Source of the DNA: Bdellovibrionota bacterium
GTDB lineage: Bacteria > Bdellovibrionota > UBA2394
Reading direction: 5' to 3'
NCBI GenBank assembly: GCA_049436045.1
Contig: JBMTHG010000003.1
Location: 1 to 44,138, forward strand
DNA: 44,138 nt
Shown here: positions 10,008 through 18,205 of the stretch, piece by piece
Layout: every line of letters starts with the position of its first letter
Position numbering within the stretch: the first letter of the stretch is position 1
Program-made: the position numbers and the translations under genes
The notes under the pieces: model-generated
Databases searched by the model: none
Told to the model about the DNA's origin: nothing
What the model saw: the letters and a program-made list of their open reading frames with translations, nothing else

Positions 10008-11093
10008 ATGAAAGCGAAAATCGCTTTTCGAGTCGACGCCTCTCTAGAAATAGGAACGGGTCATGTGATTCGATGTTTGACCTTGGCCGAATCGCTTCGA
10101 CATCAAAACTTTGCGTGTCTTTTTATCTGCAGAGAAAAAAAATCTCATCTTAAGACTCTGATCGAGTTGCGCGGGTTTGAGTGCCAACTTTTGCCAACTG
10201 AAACCCCTGAAGACGATGGTTCTACAACTCATTCGGCATGGCTTGGCGTTTCGCAACAAGAAGATGCGGCCCAAACAGAGAGTATCTTAAGAAAAATAAT
10301 GCCCGAATGGCTTATCGTTGATCATTATTCTCTCGATTCCACTTGGGAAAATAGGCTTCGAGCCTTTGCCAAAAAAATAATGGTGATTGATGATCTGGCC
10401 GATCGTTCACATTCTTGTGATCTTCTTCTCGATCAAAATCTCGGTCGAAAAGATCTAGATTATGATTCAAGATTAGATAATGGCTGTTTGCGCTTGATCG
10501 GGCCCGACTACGCGCTTCTTCGCCCAGAGTTTTTAAAAATTCGAGATCAAAGTTTGCTGAGAAGAGGCGATGGAAAGCTAAATCGCATTTTGATTTCGCT
10601 CGGTGGGGCTGATCCTAGCAATATCAGCTCTAAAGTTTTAGAGCTTCTCGCTAAGACAAAATTGCCAGTGACCACGAAAATTCACCTCGTTCTTGGGGAG
10701 CTCTCTCCTTGGCGCGATGAACTTCTAGCCCAAGCCTCTCGAATGCCCTTCGAGACAAAAGTTCTTGTGGGCGTTTCTGATATGGCCTCGCTCATGGCCG
10801 AGGCTGATCTTGGCATTGGCGCCGCGGGCACGAGTTCGTGGGAGAGATGTTGTTTAGGGCTTCCGACTTTGCTTGTGGTTTTGGCTCAGAATCAAAAGCT
10901 CGCGGCAAAAGCTCTCAGCGATTGTGGTGCGGCTTTATTGCTTGGCGAAAAAGAAAATTTTCAAAATGATTTTGATAAAGTTTTTTCAGATCTTTTAAAG
11001 CCAAATCAGCTTTCTCAAATGTCACAAGCCGCAGCTCATCTGGTAGATGGCCGAGGAACCCAGAGAGTTATAGAAAAAATACTTTCTCTGTAA
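10008..11093 (+). CDS. pseG: UDP-2,4-diacetamido-2,4,6-trideoxy-beta-L-altropyranose hydrolase
   Basis: FRVDAS.EIGTGHVIRCL, VDHY, IDDLADR, GAAGTSSWERCCLGLP. Confidence 0.95.
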   Translation: MKAKIAFRVDASLEIGTGHVIRCLTLAESLRHQNFACLFICREKKSHLKTLIELRGFECQLLPTETPEDDGSTTHSAWLGVSQQEDAAQTESILRKIMPEWLIVDHYSLDSTWENRLRAFAKKIMVIDDLADRSHSCDLLLDQNLGRKDLDYDSRLDNGCLRLIGPDYALLRPEFLKIRDQSLLRRGDGKLNRILISLGGADPSNISSKVLELLAKTKLPVTTKIHLVLGELSPWRDELLAQASRMPFETKVLVGVSDMASLMAEADLGIGAAGTSSWERCCLGLPTLLVVLAQNQKLAAKALSDCGAALLLGEKENFQNDFDKVFSDLLKPNQLSQMSQAAAHLVDGRGTQRVIEKILSL

Positions 11094-11114
11094 GAATGAT
11101 GAATTAATCATTCT
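11093..11114. terminator. Weak hairpin between convergent pseG and pseI
   Basis: AGAATGAT-gaatta-ATCATTCT, an AT-rich 8-bp stem. Confidence 0.3.
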
Positions 11115-11117
11115 GAT

Positions 11118-12164
11118 TCATTCATCAGAAAATGCGCTCCAGCTTACGGCTTCACCGCGTGAGACATCTTTTGATAATTTCTTTCCAAGGATTTCATCGA
11201 AATGCTTAGGAGCTAATCCGTAGCCCGGACGAATTCGTCGAATGTCTTCTTTCGTGATTTGAGCGCCGGCTTTTAAATCTTTTACAAAATAAAGTGATCT
11301 TCGAAAAACTTTGCTCTTTGATTCAGTCTCGGGTCTTGAAAAATTATCTTTGCCAAGAGAAAGCCAGGCTTTTCGTGTTGTTTCGACGAGTGACTTCAAC
11401 TCATGAGGCTCAATTGAAAAATCACTGTCAGGGCCTTTTTCGCTGCGGTCGATGGTGAAGTGTTTTTCAATCGCGACAGCACCCAGAGCCACGGCGCCAA
11501 TGGCGGCAGTATGATCGAGTGTGTGATCAGAAAGACCGACTTCAACCTGAAACTGCTTTTTAAGGCTTAAAATATTTCGAAGCTGCGCCTCTTCCGTGGG
11601 AGCCGGGTAGCTGCTGATGCAATGAAACAACAAAATAGAATCTGCGCCAGCCGATCGAGCGGCTTCTACCGCTTCACCAATTTCGGTTTCAGAGGCCATG
11701 CCCGTGGACATCAAAATGGGTTTTTTTGTTCGTGCGGCTCTTTGAATCAACGGAAGGTCTGTGAGTTCAAAGGAGGCGATTTTGTAGGCAGGCGCATCTA
11801 AACTTTCTAAGAGCTCGACGGCACTTTCATCGAAAGGAGTAGAAAACAAAGTCACATCAATTTTTTTTGCAAAATCAAAGAGCTCCTGATGCCAAGCGAA
11901 AGGGGTATAAGCCTCTTTATAAAGATCATAGAGTTTGTAGCCGTCCCAAAGTCCGCCTTTGATCATGAAATCGGCTTTGTCGCAATCAATCGTCATCGTG
12001 TCGGCTTCATAGGTTTGAATTTTAACGGCATGAGCCCCGGTTTCTTTTGCTGCAGCCATTGTCTTTTTTGCGCGCTCGATCGATCCGTTATGATTTGCTG
12101 AAACTTCAGCAATGATGAAGGGTTCGTGAGAGCTGTTAATGATTCTATTTTTGATTTTGAACAT
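11118..12164 (-). CDS. pseI: Pseudaminic acid synthase
   Basis: IIAEVSANHNG, KIQTY, YKIASFE, GLSDHT, IEKHF, C-terminal SAF domain (RRSLY, IRPGYGL). Likely start is MFKI at 12164. Confidence 0.95.
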   Translation of the reverse strand: MFKIKNRIINSSHEPFIIAEVSANHNGSIERAKKTMAAAKETGAHAVKIQTYEADTMTIDCDKADFMIKGGLWDGYKLYDLYKEAYTPFAWHQELFDFAKKIDVTLFSTPFDESAVELLESLDAPAYKIASFELTDLPLIQRAARTKKPILMSTGMASETEIGEAVEAARSAGADSILLFHCISSYPAPTEEAQLRNILSLKKQFQVEVGLSDHTLDHTAAIGAVALGAVAIEKHFTIDRSEKGPDSDFSIEPHELKSLVETTRKAWLSLGKDNFSRPETESKSKVFRRSLYFVKDLKAGAQITKEDIRRIRPGYGLAPKHFDEILGKKLSKDVSRGEAVSWSAFSDE

Positions 12165-12219
12165 AAATTTTCTCTGATTGATAAAACTTATTTTACCGCA
12201 TTGGGGCCCGAAAGCTAGC

Positions 12220-12855
12220 TTAAGTCTTTTTATCCAAAATTTTTCGCAAGCGAAGAACCTCTTTAGAGATTTCAGAATCCCATCCAGAGAACTCTTTCGG
12301 CAAATCGGAGGTTCGATGAAAACTTCCCTTTTCGGATTGTGCCACAGGTTTAAATTCCATAGCGATGATTTGATCGAGATTCTCGATGAATAGTTTTTCC
12401 ATTTCAAAAAAAAGCCGCTGATAAGTTTGTGAAAATGTTTTCTCACTTTCATTGAACTGAACAAGCTTTTGATAGAGTATCGGGCCGGTGTCTATGCCCT
12501 CATCTATGAAGTGAATGCTCACGCCACTTGGAGTGCCTTCAAAAAACGACCAAAAGTTGGAGTGTGCGCCTCGATTCCAGGGAAGATACGACATATGAAG
12601 ATTGATGATGGGAGTTTTCGCTTCTTTAATTAGCTTTTGATGAAGAATGTGCCTGTATCCAAAACTGATAATCAAATCATAAGAGCTCAGTGAATTTATC
12701 TTTTCAGAGGTTTGCCAAACTTCACAGTTTTGATCGGCTAGAATGTTCGGGAGTCGAGTTTGTGTTTCATCGTAACCCAGAAACAAAATCTTTCTCGCGG
12801 GCTGCGGGATAGATTTGAGCAAGCGCGGTACAGTCGCAATTTTCTCACTGCTCAT
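12220..12855 (-). CDS. Formyltransferase N-terminal domain protein (probable sugar N-formyltransferase)
   Basis: ISFGYRHIL, INLHMSYLPWNRGAH, GVSIHFIDEGIDTGPI. Confidence 0.88.
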   Translation of the reverse strand: MSSEKIATVPRLLKSIPQPARKILFLGYDETQTRLPNILADQNCEVWQTSEKINSLSSYDLIISFGYRHILHQKLIKEAKTPIINLHMSYLPWNRGAHSNFWSFFEGTPSGVSIHFIDEGIDTGPILYQKLVQFNESEKTFSQTYQRLFFEMEKLFIENLDQIIAMEFKPVAQSEKGSFHRTSDLPKEFSGWDSEISKEVLRLRKILDKKT

Positions 12856-12989
12856 TGCTAAGAATCTCCAAGCCTGATCGAAAGACTCGTCAACATCCCC
12901 TAGGAATATCAGCAGCTTAGTTTAAAGACACGAAGAAGCTCGACAATTTAGAATCTTAGGTCTTTCTTCTGGGGTGTGTAAAAATTACA

Positions 12990-13018
12990 TTGACCAAGGT
13001 CTTGGTTTTGGGCATCCT
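12990..13018 (+). promoter_or_regulatory. Candidate sigma70 promoter overlapped by a palindromic operator
   Basis: TTGACC-17 nt-CATCCT. Inverted repeat ACCAAG-gt-CTTGGT at 12993-13006. Confidence 0.45.
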
Positions 13019-13024
13019 AAAACT

Positions 13025-13215
13025 TAGTACAGCAAGCGTTAGAGAAAAGCTTTTTGAATGATTTGGTTGGAGATTCTTCAAGACAATGGGGGGGGAGTTT
13101 CAAAAGCCGAATTTATGGGGGGCTGATAAAGTGGTTCCTGGTGGGGACCCGAGCTAAGGCTGCGATGAGATGACCCGATGGGGTAGTAGAGTCATCTTGT
13201 CGCAGCCTTTTTTTT
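13025..13215 (+). ncRNA. Candidate small RNA with repeated RUGGGG tracts
   Basis: Plus-strand promoter and terminator in a gap where both neighbouring genes are on the minus strand. G-runs at 13088-95, 13117-22, 13143-46 and 13180-83. Confidence 0.5.
13156..13215 (+). terminator. Intrinsic terminator
   Basis: 19-bp stem (13156-13174 with 13191-13209), including two G-U pairs that form only on the plus strand, with a T8 run at 13208-13215. Confidence 0.8.
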
Positions 13216-13226
13216 ACCCAAGTAAT

Positions 13227-14600
13227 TTATTTAGATTTCGGAGCTTGAAGGGGCAAGAAGCCCATAGGCGCAATAATCTTTTCAACATTCACATTCTCTC
13301 GGCCAACGATCTGAACTGTCACGTCTTTGAGATAAGTTTTCATGACTCTTTGAACATCCTCAGGACTCACCTTCGCTAGGCGATTGATAAAGCTATTAGA
13401 GTTTTCCCAGCCAATTCCAAAAACTTCGTAGAGCGAAAAAATAGCGGCTTGAGAGGCTCGAGTTTCTCGCCCAGAATACCAAGACGAAAGAAATTTTCGC
13501 ACCTGCAAATCTAAAAGCTCGGGCGAGACCATTTCGACTTGAAGCTTTTTAACTTCATCAAACATCACTTTTACAGCTTCTTCGAGCTTGGTAGAGCTCA
13601 CATAAAGACTGCCCGAATTGATTCGAGAGTTTCCGAGAGAGGCTCTCACGGCGTAGGTGAGCCCTCGTTTTGTTCTCACTTCATCAAAAAGCCGATTATC
13701 TAAAATCTGAAGAGCAATCGCTAGAGCCGGATAATCTTCATGAAATAATGCTGGCGCTCTAAACTTTGCCAAAAAATAGGTCGTCGGAGCATCAAACTTT
13801 TCAAAATATACTCGGCTTTCATTTTTTAATGCTTCAGTGACTTCAGGCGTGCGAGTGCCGCTCTCAAATTTAGAAAAATATTGCTCGATCAGCTCAGTGC
13901 TTTCTTTTTGAGAAAGTTGACCCACGATTACAAAAAGCAAATTAGATTTTCCAAAAGATTTTTGGGCAGCCGCCACAATGTCTGATCGGGTGATTTCGGC
14001 AATGCTATCTTCATAGCCCGTTGGGCGACGATAGTAGGGATGATCTCGGTAAAATGATTTGTGCATTAAAAGCTGAAGCAAAGAATCAGGATTTTGTTTT
14101 TCACTCTGAAGCCCATGAGCGGCTTGAGCTTTTAACAAATCGAGCTCGCTTTGTTCAAAAGAGGCCGCTGACATCATCTCTGCCGCAAGATTCAAGACTT
14201 CAGGTAAAAATCTTTTCAGAGATTTGATTTCAATATCCAAGGCGTCATAACCCGCATCAAAACTCAAAGTGGCACCCGTTCGAATCAGAATCTCATTGAT
14301 CTTCTCTTTGCTAAATGACTTCGTGCCTTTATAGAGCATACTCGTCATGAGGGCTAAAGTTCCCGCCTTGGGAGCAAGATCAACTCCTCCAAAGCCGCTG
14401 ATTTGAATCGCTACAATTTCACTTGAGATATCTTCATAGGCAGGAGTCTCATGCAAAATCACGGGCATTCCAGCGGCGCTAAAGCTGCGGGTATTTTTCG
14501 TGAGGTCAAAACTTTGTGCTAACATATCGCTGGATCTCCCCATCATTATCAGTGCGAAAAAAAATAGAAGTTTCATCAATTTCATTTTCAAAATTCTCAT
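13227..14600 (-). CDS. M16B (pitrilysin family) peptidase, non-catalytic partner subunit
   Basis: Signal peptide, no HxxEH motif, NRLFDEVRTKRGLTY motif. Confidence 0.9.
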   Translation of the reverse strand: MRILKMKLMKLLFFFALIMMGRSSDMLAQSFDLTKNTRSFSAAGMPVILHETPAYEDISSEIVAIQISGFGGVDLAPKAGTLALMTSMLYKGTKSFSKEKINEILIRTGATLSFDAGYDALDIEIKSLKRFLPEVLNLAAEMMSAASFEQSELDLLKAQAAHGLQSEKQNPDSLLQLLMHKSFYRDHPYYRRPTGYEDSIAEITRSDIVAAAQKSFGKSNLLFVIVGQLSQKESTELIEQYFSKFESGTRTPEVTEALKNESRVYFEKFDAPTTYFLAKFRAPALFHEDYPALAIALQILDNRLFDEVRTKRGLTYAVRASLGNSRINSGSLYVSSTKLEEAVKVMFDEVKKLQVEMVSPELLDLQVRKFLSSWYSGRETRASQAAIFSLYEVFGIGWENSNSFINRLAKVSPEDVQRVMKTYLKDVTVQIVGRENVNVEKIIAPMGFLPLQAPKSK

Positions 14601-16036
14601 TTCTGATCTGTTGAATCAAATTTTATGAAGTCTCCGCTCTCTGGAACTAAAGCCCCAAGAACATAATTTTGATTTTCAATATAGCGACGAATAGCCGCAT
14701 CAATGTCTTTCAGGCTAATCGACTTCATTTCAGAAATGTAATTTGTATAAAAATCAAGTTTGCCCGTGCTCGTCCAAACAGAAGCCAGCGCCAAGGCATA
14801 TTTTTGCCCGACTTCTCTGTCGAAGGCCGTTCGAACTTCGATCGAAGTTTTTGCAAGCTCCAGTTGCTCCTCTGTAAAAAATCCTCCAGCGGAAATTTTT
14901 TGAAGCAGAGCTTTGAATTTGTCGTAACCTGCCTGAGCTTTCTCAGGGCTGGTATCCAAGCTAAAAAACAAGGGGCTGGTATAGCGCTGCGACCACACAT
15001 AAAAATAAGCGCTGGTGGCTAAGCCAGAGTGCACCAATTCTTTTTGAAACTCTGAAGACTCCATGCCGAGCATTAAGCTCATCAAATCTAGCGCGATGAC
15101 CTCACGGTTCTCTAAATTTAATCTCGGGCCTTGATAAGCTTTCACAATGCTCAGCGTTTGAACGGGAGCCCGTTTGATAAAGACCTTTGTCTCTTCAAGA
15201 GGGGGATGTTCAGGGATCGGATTTTCTTCAAATGGATCAGCCGATTTTTTCCATGGCCCCCAATATTTTTCAACTAGCTTGAAAGTTGATTCCGGATCGA
15301 AATCTCCCACCAAAAATAAGGCTGAGTTGTTGGGGATATAAAAGCGATTTTGAATCTGTTTCATCTGCTCTTGACTGGCCGCCGTGATGACTTCTCTCGA
15401 TCCGATCGTATTTTTTCTTGAGAAGTAGGTAGAAAATAAGCGCTCAAGAATATCTTTTTGATAAAAAACCTGAACAGGTGAAGCCTCATAACGGTCGAAC
15501 TCTCCAATGACCACCTGTCTTTCTTTCTCTAACTCATCGGCCAAAAACTTTGGAGAAATTGTGGCATCCGCCATGAAGCCTAATCCAGGCTCTAAATATT
15601 TCGTTTGAATCGTAAAGAAATATCGCACAGATTCCGTTGACGTATAGGCGTTCATATTTGGGCCGAGCTCAACACCCATTTCATCCAAGGCCTTCATAAA
15701 TTCAGCCTGACTCGGAATCTTTTCATTCGCTTTAAAAAACATATGTTCATAAAGATGGGCTAATCCATCGATGTCTGGAGTTTGAACATAAGCCCCGTTT
15801 TTTACCGCTAAGAGCACCGTAATCATGGGGATGTCTTTTTTTGGAAACATATAAACTTCGAGGCCGTTGTCCAAAGTCTTCAAAATTATGTCAGATTGCT
15901 GTTTGATTTCGGTCATAGGGCTCCCTTGAAAACGAGTTTCGGATGTCGGGCGAGAGGCATCACTGGAATTTTCTGAATTTTTTGTGCTACAGGCTGTACT
16001 TAAGGCGAAGAAAGCAATAATAAAAAAATTCTTCAT
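14597..16036 (-). CDS. M16B zinc peptidase, catalytic subunit, lipoprotein
   Basis: GLAHLYEHMFFK (HxxEH), NAYTS. The start MKNFFIIAFFALSTAC has a lipobox and a GGAG RBS. Confidence 0.93.
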   Translation of the reverse strand: MKNFFIIAFFALSTACSTKNSENSSDASRPTSETRFQGSPMTEIKQQSDIILKTLDNGLEVYMFPKKDIPMITVLLAVKNGAYVQTPDIDGLAHLYEHMFFKANEKIPSQAEFMKALDEMGVELGPNMNAYTSTESVRYFFTIQTKYLEPGLGFMADATISPKFLADELEKERQVVIGEFDRYEASPVQVFYQKDILERLFSTYFSRKNTIGSREVITAASQEQMKQIQNRFYIPNNSALFLVGDFDPESTFKLVEKYWGPWKKSADPFEENPIPEHPPLEETKVFIKRAPVQTLSIVKAYQGPRLNLENREVIALDLMSLMLGMESSEFQKELVHSGLATSAYFYVWSQRYTSPLFFSLDTSPEKAQAGYDKFKALLQKISAGGFFTEEQLELAKTSIEVRTAFDREVGQKYALALASVWTSTGKLDFYTNYISEMKSISLKDIDAAIRRYIENQNYVLGALVPESGDFIKFDSTDQK

Positions 16037-16050
16037 GAGGCGCGCTCCAT

Positions 16051-16821
16051 ATGGCTGATAGTTTAAAGATAAATACCGTAACTGCAAGGCAAATCCCCGC
16101 GATTTCATTTTCTCTTCGCGAGGTCTTAATTCACTCCAATCCCCCGCTCAATGTGTGGCTTAGAGACTTTTTGAAGCTTCATGAAAACTTGTCAGAGCAA
16201 GATTTTGAGAAGCTTTGGTGGAGCTGGCGCTCTCAAAGAAATTCGTTAGCGGCGGCGGGCGAGTTTTCAGGAGACGATCGAAATGAGTCTTTAAAAAAAT
16301 TTGTTTCAGAAAACTTTCCGACTTCAGCGCAAAAGTTTGATGAGGTTTACCGCGCTTCGATCAAGCTGGTTTTTCCGCAGTATGTTGAAGATGTGCTCGT
16401 GACACTTAAAGAGCGCGGATACCGTCTAGCCTGCGTCACCAATGAGCCCGAAGCCTCATTAGAATATCTAAAAATGTTTCGACTCTTAGATTTTTTTGAA
16501 ACTCTGATTTTGGCGAAAGAAGAGGGCCATCCAAAACCAGAGAGCCGAGCATTCGAGCTTCTTATCGAGGAGTTACAGATTCAACCAAATCAGTTGATTC
16601 ATGTAGGCTCTCAGTTTGCTACCGATGTTTGTGCTGCGCGTGCGGCGAATGTGGCAAGTCTGATCTATGATCCCTTGAAAGAGGAATTAAAAACAATAGA
16701 GTTGCTTGAAGCTGCTCCAGAAAAGAAAGTGATTTCAATTTCAGAAGTCCGGCAAAATCGTTGGAGTGAAAATCTTCGAGTCATTCAGAAGTTCGATGAG
16801 TTGTTAGAGATTTTTCGATGA
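16051..16821 (+). CDS. HAD-superfamily fold protein with degenerate catalytic motifs
   Basis: CVTN, HPKP and HVGSQFATDV are present, but motif I reads ISFSLREVL with no Asp. Confidence 0.75.
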   Translation: MADSLKINTVTARQIPAISFSLREVLIHSNPPLNVWLRDFLKLHENLSEQDFEKLWWSWRSQRNSLAAAGEFSGDDRNESLKKFVSENFPTSAQKFDEVYRASIKLVFPQYVEDVLVTLKERGYRLACVTNEPEASLEYLKMFRLLDFFETLILAKEEGHPKPESRAFELLIEELQIQPNQLIHVGSQFATDVCAARAANVASLIYDPLKEELKTIELLEAAPEKKVISISEVRQNRWSENLRVIQKFDELLEIFR

Positions 16822-17546
16822 AACCAGCCGTTGTTTTGGTGTCGCCGAAGGGAGATGAAAATCTTGGCGGAGTCGCCCGCCTCATGGCTAATTTTGGCCT
16901 AGAAGACCTTCGATTGGTGCAGCCGCGCTGCGATTTGCACTCAGACGCTTGTCGAAAGCGAAGTCTAAAGGCGCATCACTTGATCGAGAATGCCAAACTC
17001 TTTGATAACCTCTCTCAAGCCTTAAGTGACATTCAGTTCGCCGGCGCATTTTCGATGATGCCTCAAAGCGTTTCAGCGCCAGTTTCAACTCTTCCTGATT
17101 TTTTTGTGGAACGATCTTCTTTGCTTAACACCCAAACTTCTGCGCTTGTCTTCGGACGAGAAGACAATGGTCTTGAGGCAGAGGAACTTTTAAAATGCAA
17201 CGAGATCATTTGGATTCCCACCGCCGATGACTTTCCTTCAATCAATCTCACCTCTGCCGTCGCCATGGCTCTTCAGCTTTGGTTTTCAACTCAGCAAAAA
17301 ATTTCAATTCCACAGCGAGGGGATTTTCAATTGCCGCCCAAAAAAGATGAGGAAGTTTTTTTTCATTCGCTTCGCAATCTTTTAGAAGAAATTGAATTTA
17401 TGAAAACAGACTCCGATCATATTCTCGATGATCTTCAAAACATGTATCGACGAGCTGCGATTTCTGATCGAGATTTAAGAATTTTGTTTGGCGTGATCTC
17501 TGACATCGGGCGTCATTTAAAGAAGCAGATCATTTCAAAAGCCTAA
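16818..17546 (+). CDS. trmJ: TrmJ/LasT family SPOUT tRNA methyltransferase
   Basis: LVSP...NLGGVARLMANFG, LVFGREDNGL, IPT...PSINLTSAV. Confidence 0.88.
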   Translation: MKPAVVLVSPKGDENLGGVARLMANFGLEDLRLVQPRCDLHSDACRKRSLKAHHLIENAKLFDNLSQALSDIQFAGAFSMMPQSVSAPVSTLPDFFVERSSLLNTQTSALVFGREDNGLEAEELLKCNEIIWIPTADDFPSINLTSAVAMALQLWFSTQQKISIPQRGDFQLPPKKDEEVFFHSLRNLLEEIEFMKTDSDHILDDLQNMYRRAAISDRDLRILFGVISDIGRHLKKQIISKA

Positions 17547-17581
17547 AAGTCTTTGCAAAAAAAGTTACCTTTCAAGCTTCA

Positions 17582-17611
17582 TTGCGCAGTGCTTTGGCGC
17601 AGTGCTACAAT
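17582..17611 (+). promoter_or_regulatory. Sigma70-type promoter overlapped by a 10-bp direct repeat
   Basis: TTGCGC-18-TACAAT with an extended -10 TG. GCGCAGTGCT occurs at 17584 and 17597. Confidence 0.5.
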
Positions 17612-17651
17612 GATCGTTAAGGGCGATCTGAAGCGGGGGAGGAAAGCCGGT

Positions 17652-18191
17652 TTGATTAGAAGTTTAGTTGTTTTTGTTGGCCTGTTTTTTGTTTTGTCGT
17701 CGTCTCACGCAACGACCGTAGTCGATGTGGGCATCAGCGCGTTAAGTCGAAACGCTGTAGAAATTTATCGAGTAAAAGTTTTAAGTTCGTCTTACCAAAC
17801 CTGGAACGCCAGCGTGTGGACGTCTCATCGTGTTCAAATTCTAGAAAATATCAAGGGTGATGCGGCATCTGGGGAGGTCGTTGATCTGCACTTGCCCGGA
17901 GGTGTTGACGGTGAGAGAACCGTCAAGATCTCCGGCTTGCCGCAGATTTTACCTGGCAAGGAATATGTGGTTTTTTTAAGAGATCGTGTGGGCCAATCAA
18001 GTCTTAATCGATTTGCTGATTGGTCAGCCTATTTGGTGTCTCGAAACTCCGAGGAGGATCGCTTTGTGATCGCTGTCGGGGCGAATGAGGGACGGCTATC
18101 CAATCAACAGCAATCTTTTCATGCGGTTAAAGCTTCGAAAATCTGGAGTTACGAAAATTTTTTAGAAGAAATTTATTGGAATATTGAATAG
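17652..18191 (+). CDS. Secreted hypothetical protein, partner of the downstream matrixin
   Basis: TTG start after a GGAGG RBS. Signal peptide ends SHA-TT. Contains the LPGG...G.P...G.EYVVFL pattern. Confidence 0.7.
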   Translation: MIRSLVVFVGLFFVLSSSHATTVVDVGISALSRNAVEIYRVKVLSSSYQTWNASVWTSHRVQILENIKGDAASGEVVDLHLPGGVDGERTVKISGLPQILPGKEYVVFLRDRVGQSSLNRFADWSAYLVSRNSEEDRFVIAVGANEGRLSNQQQSFHAVKASKIWSYENFLEEIYWNIE

Positions 18192-18205
18192 CGACTAAAG
18201 AGAGG

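Noticed and set aside
12165-12464. 100-aa N-terminal extension of PseI in the ORF track
   Set aside because: It overlaps the formyltransferase in another frame. PseI homology starts at MFKI (12164).
13170-13379. 69-aa plus-strand ORF
   Set aside because: It starts inside the terminator hairpin and runs antisense to the M16 gene
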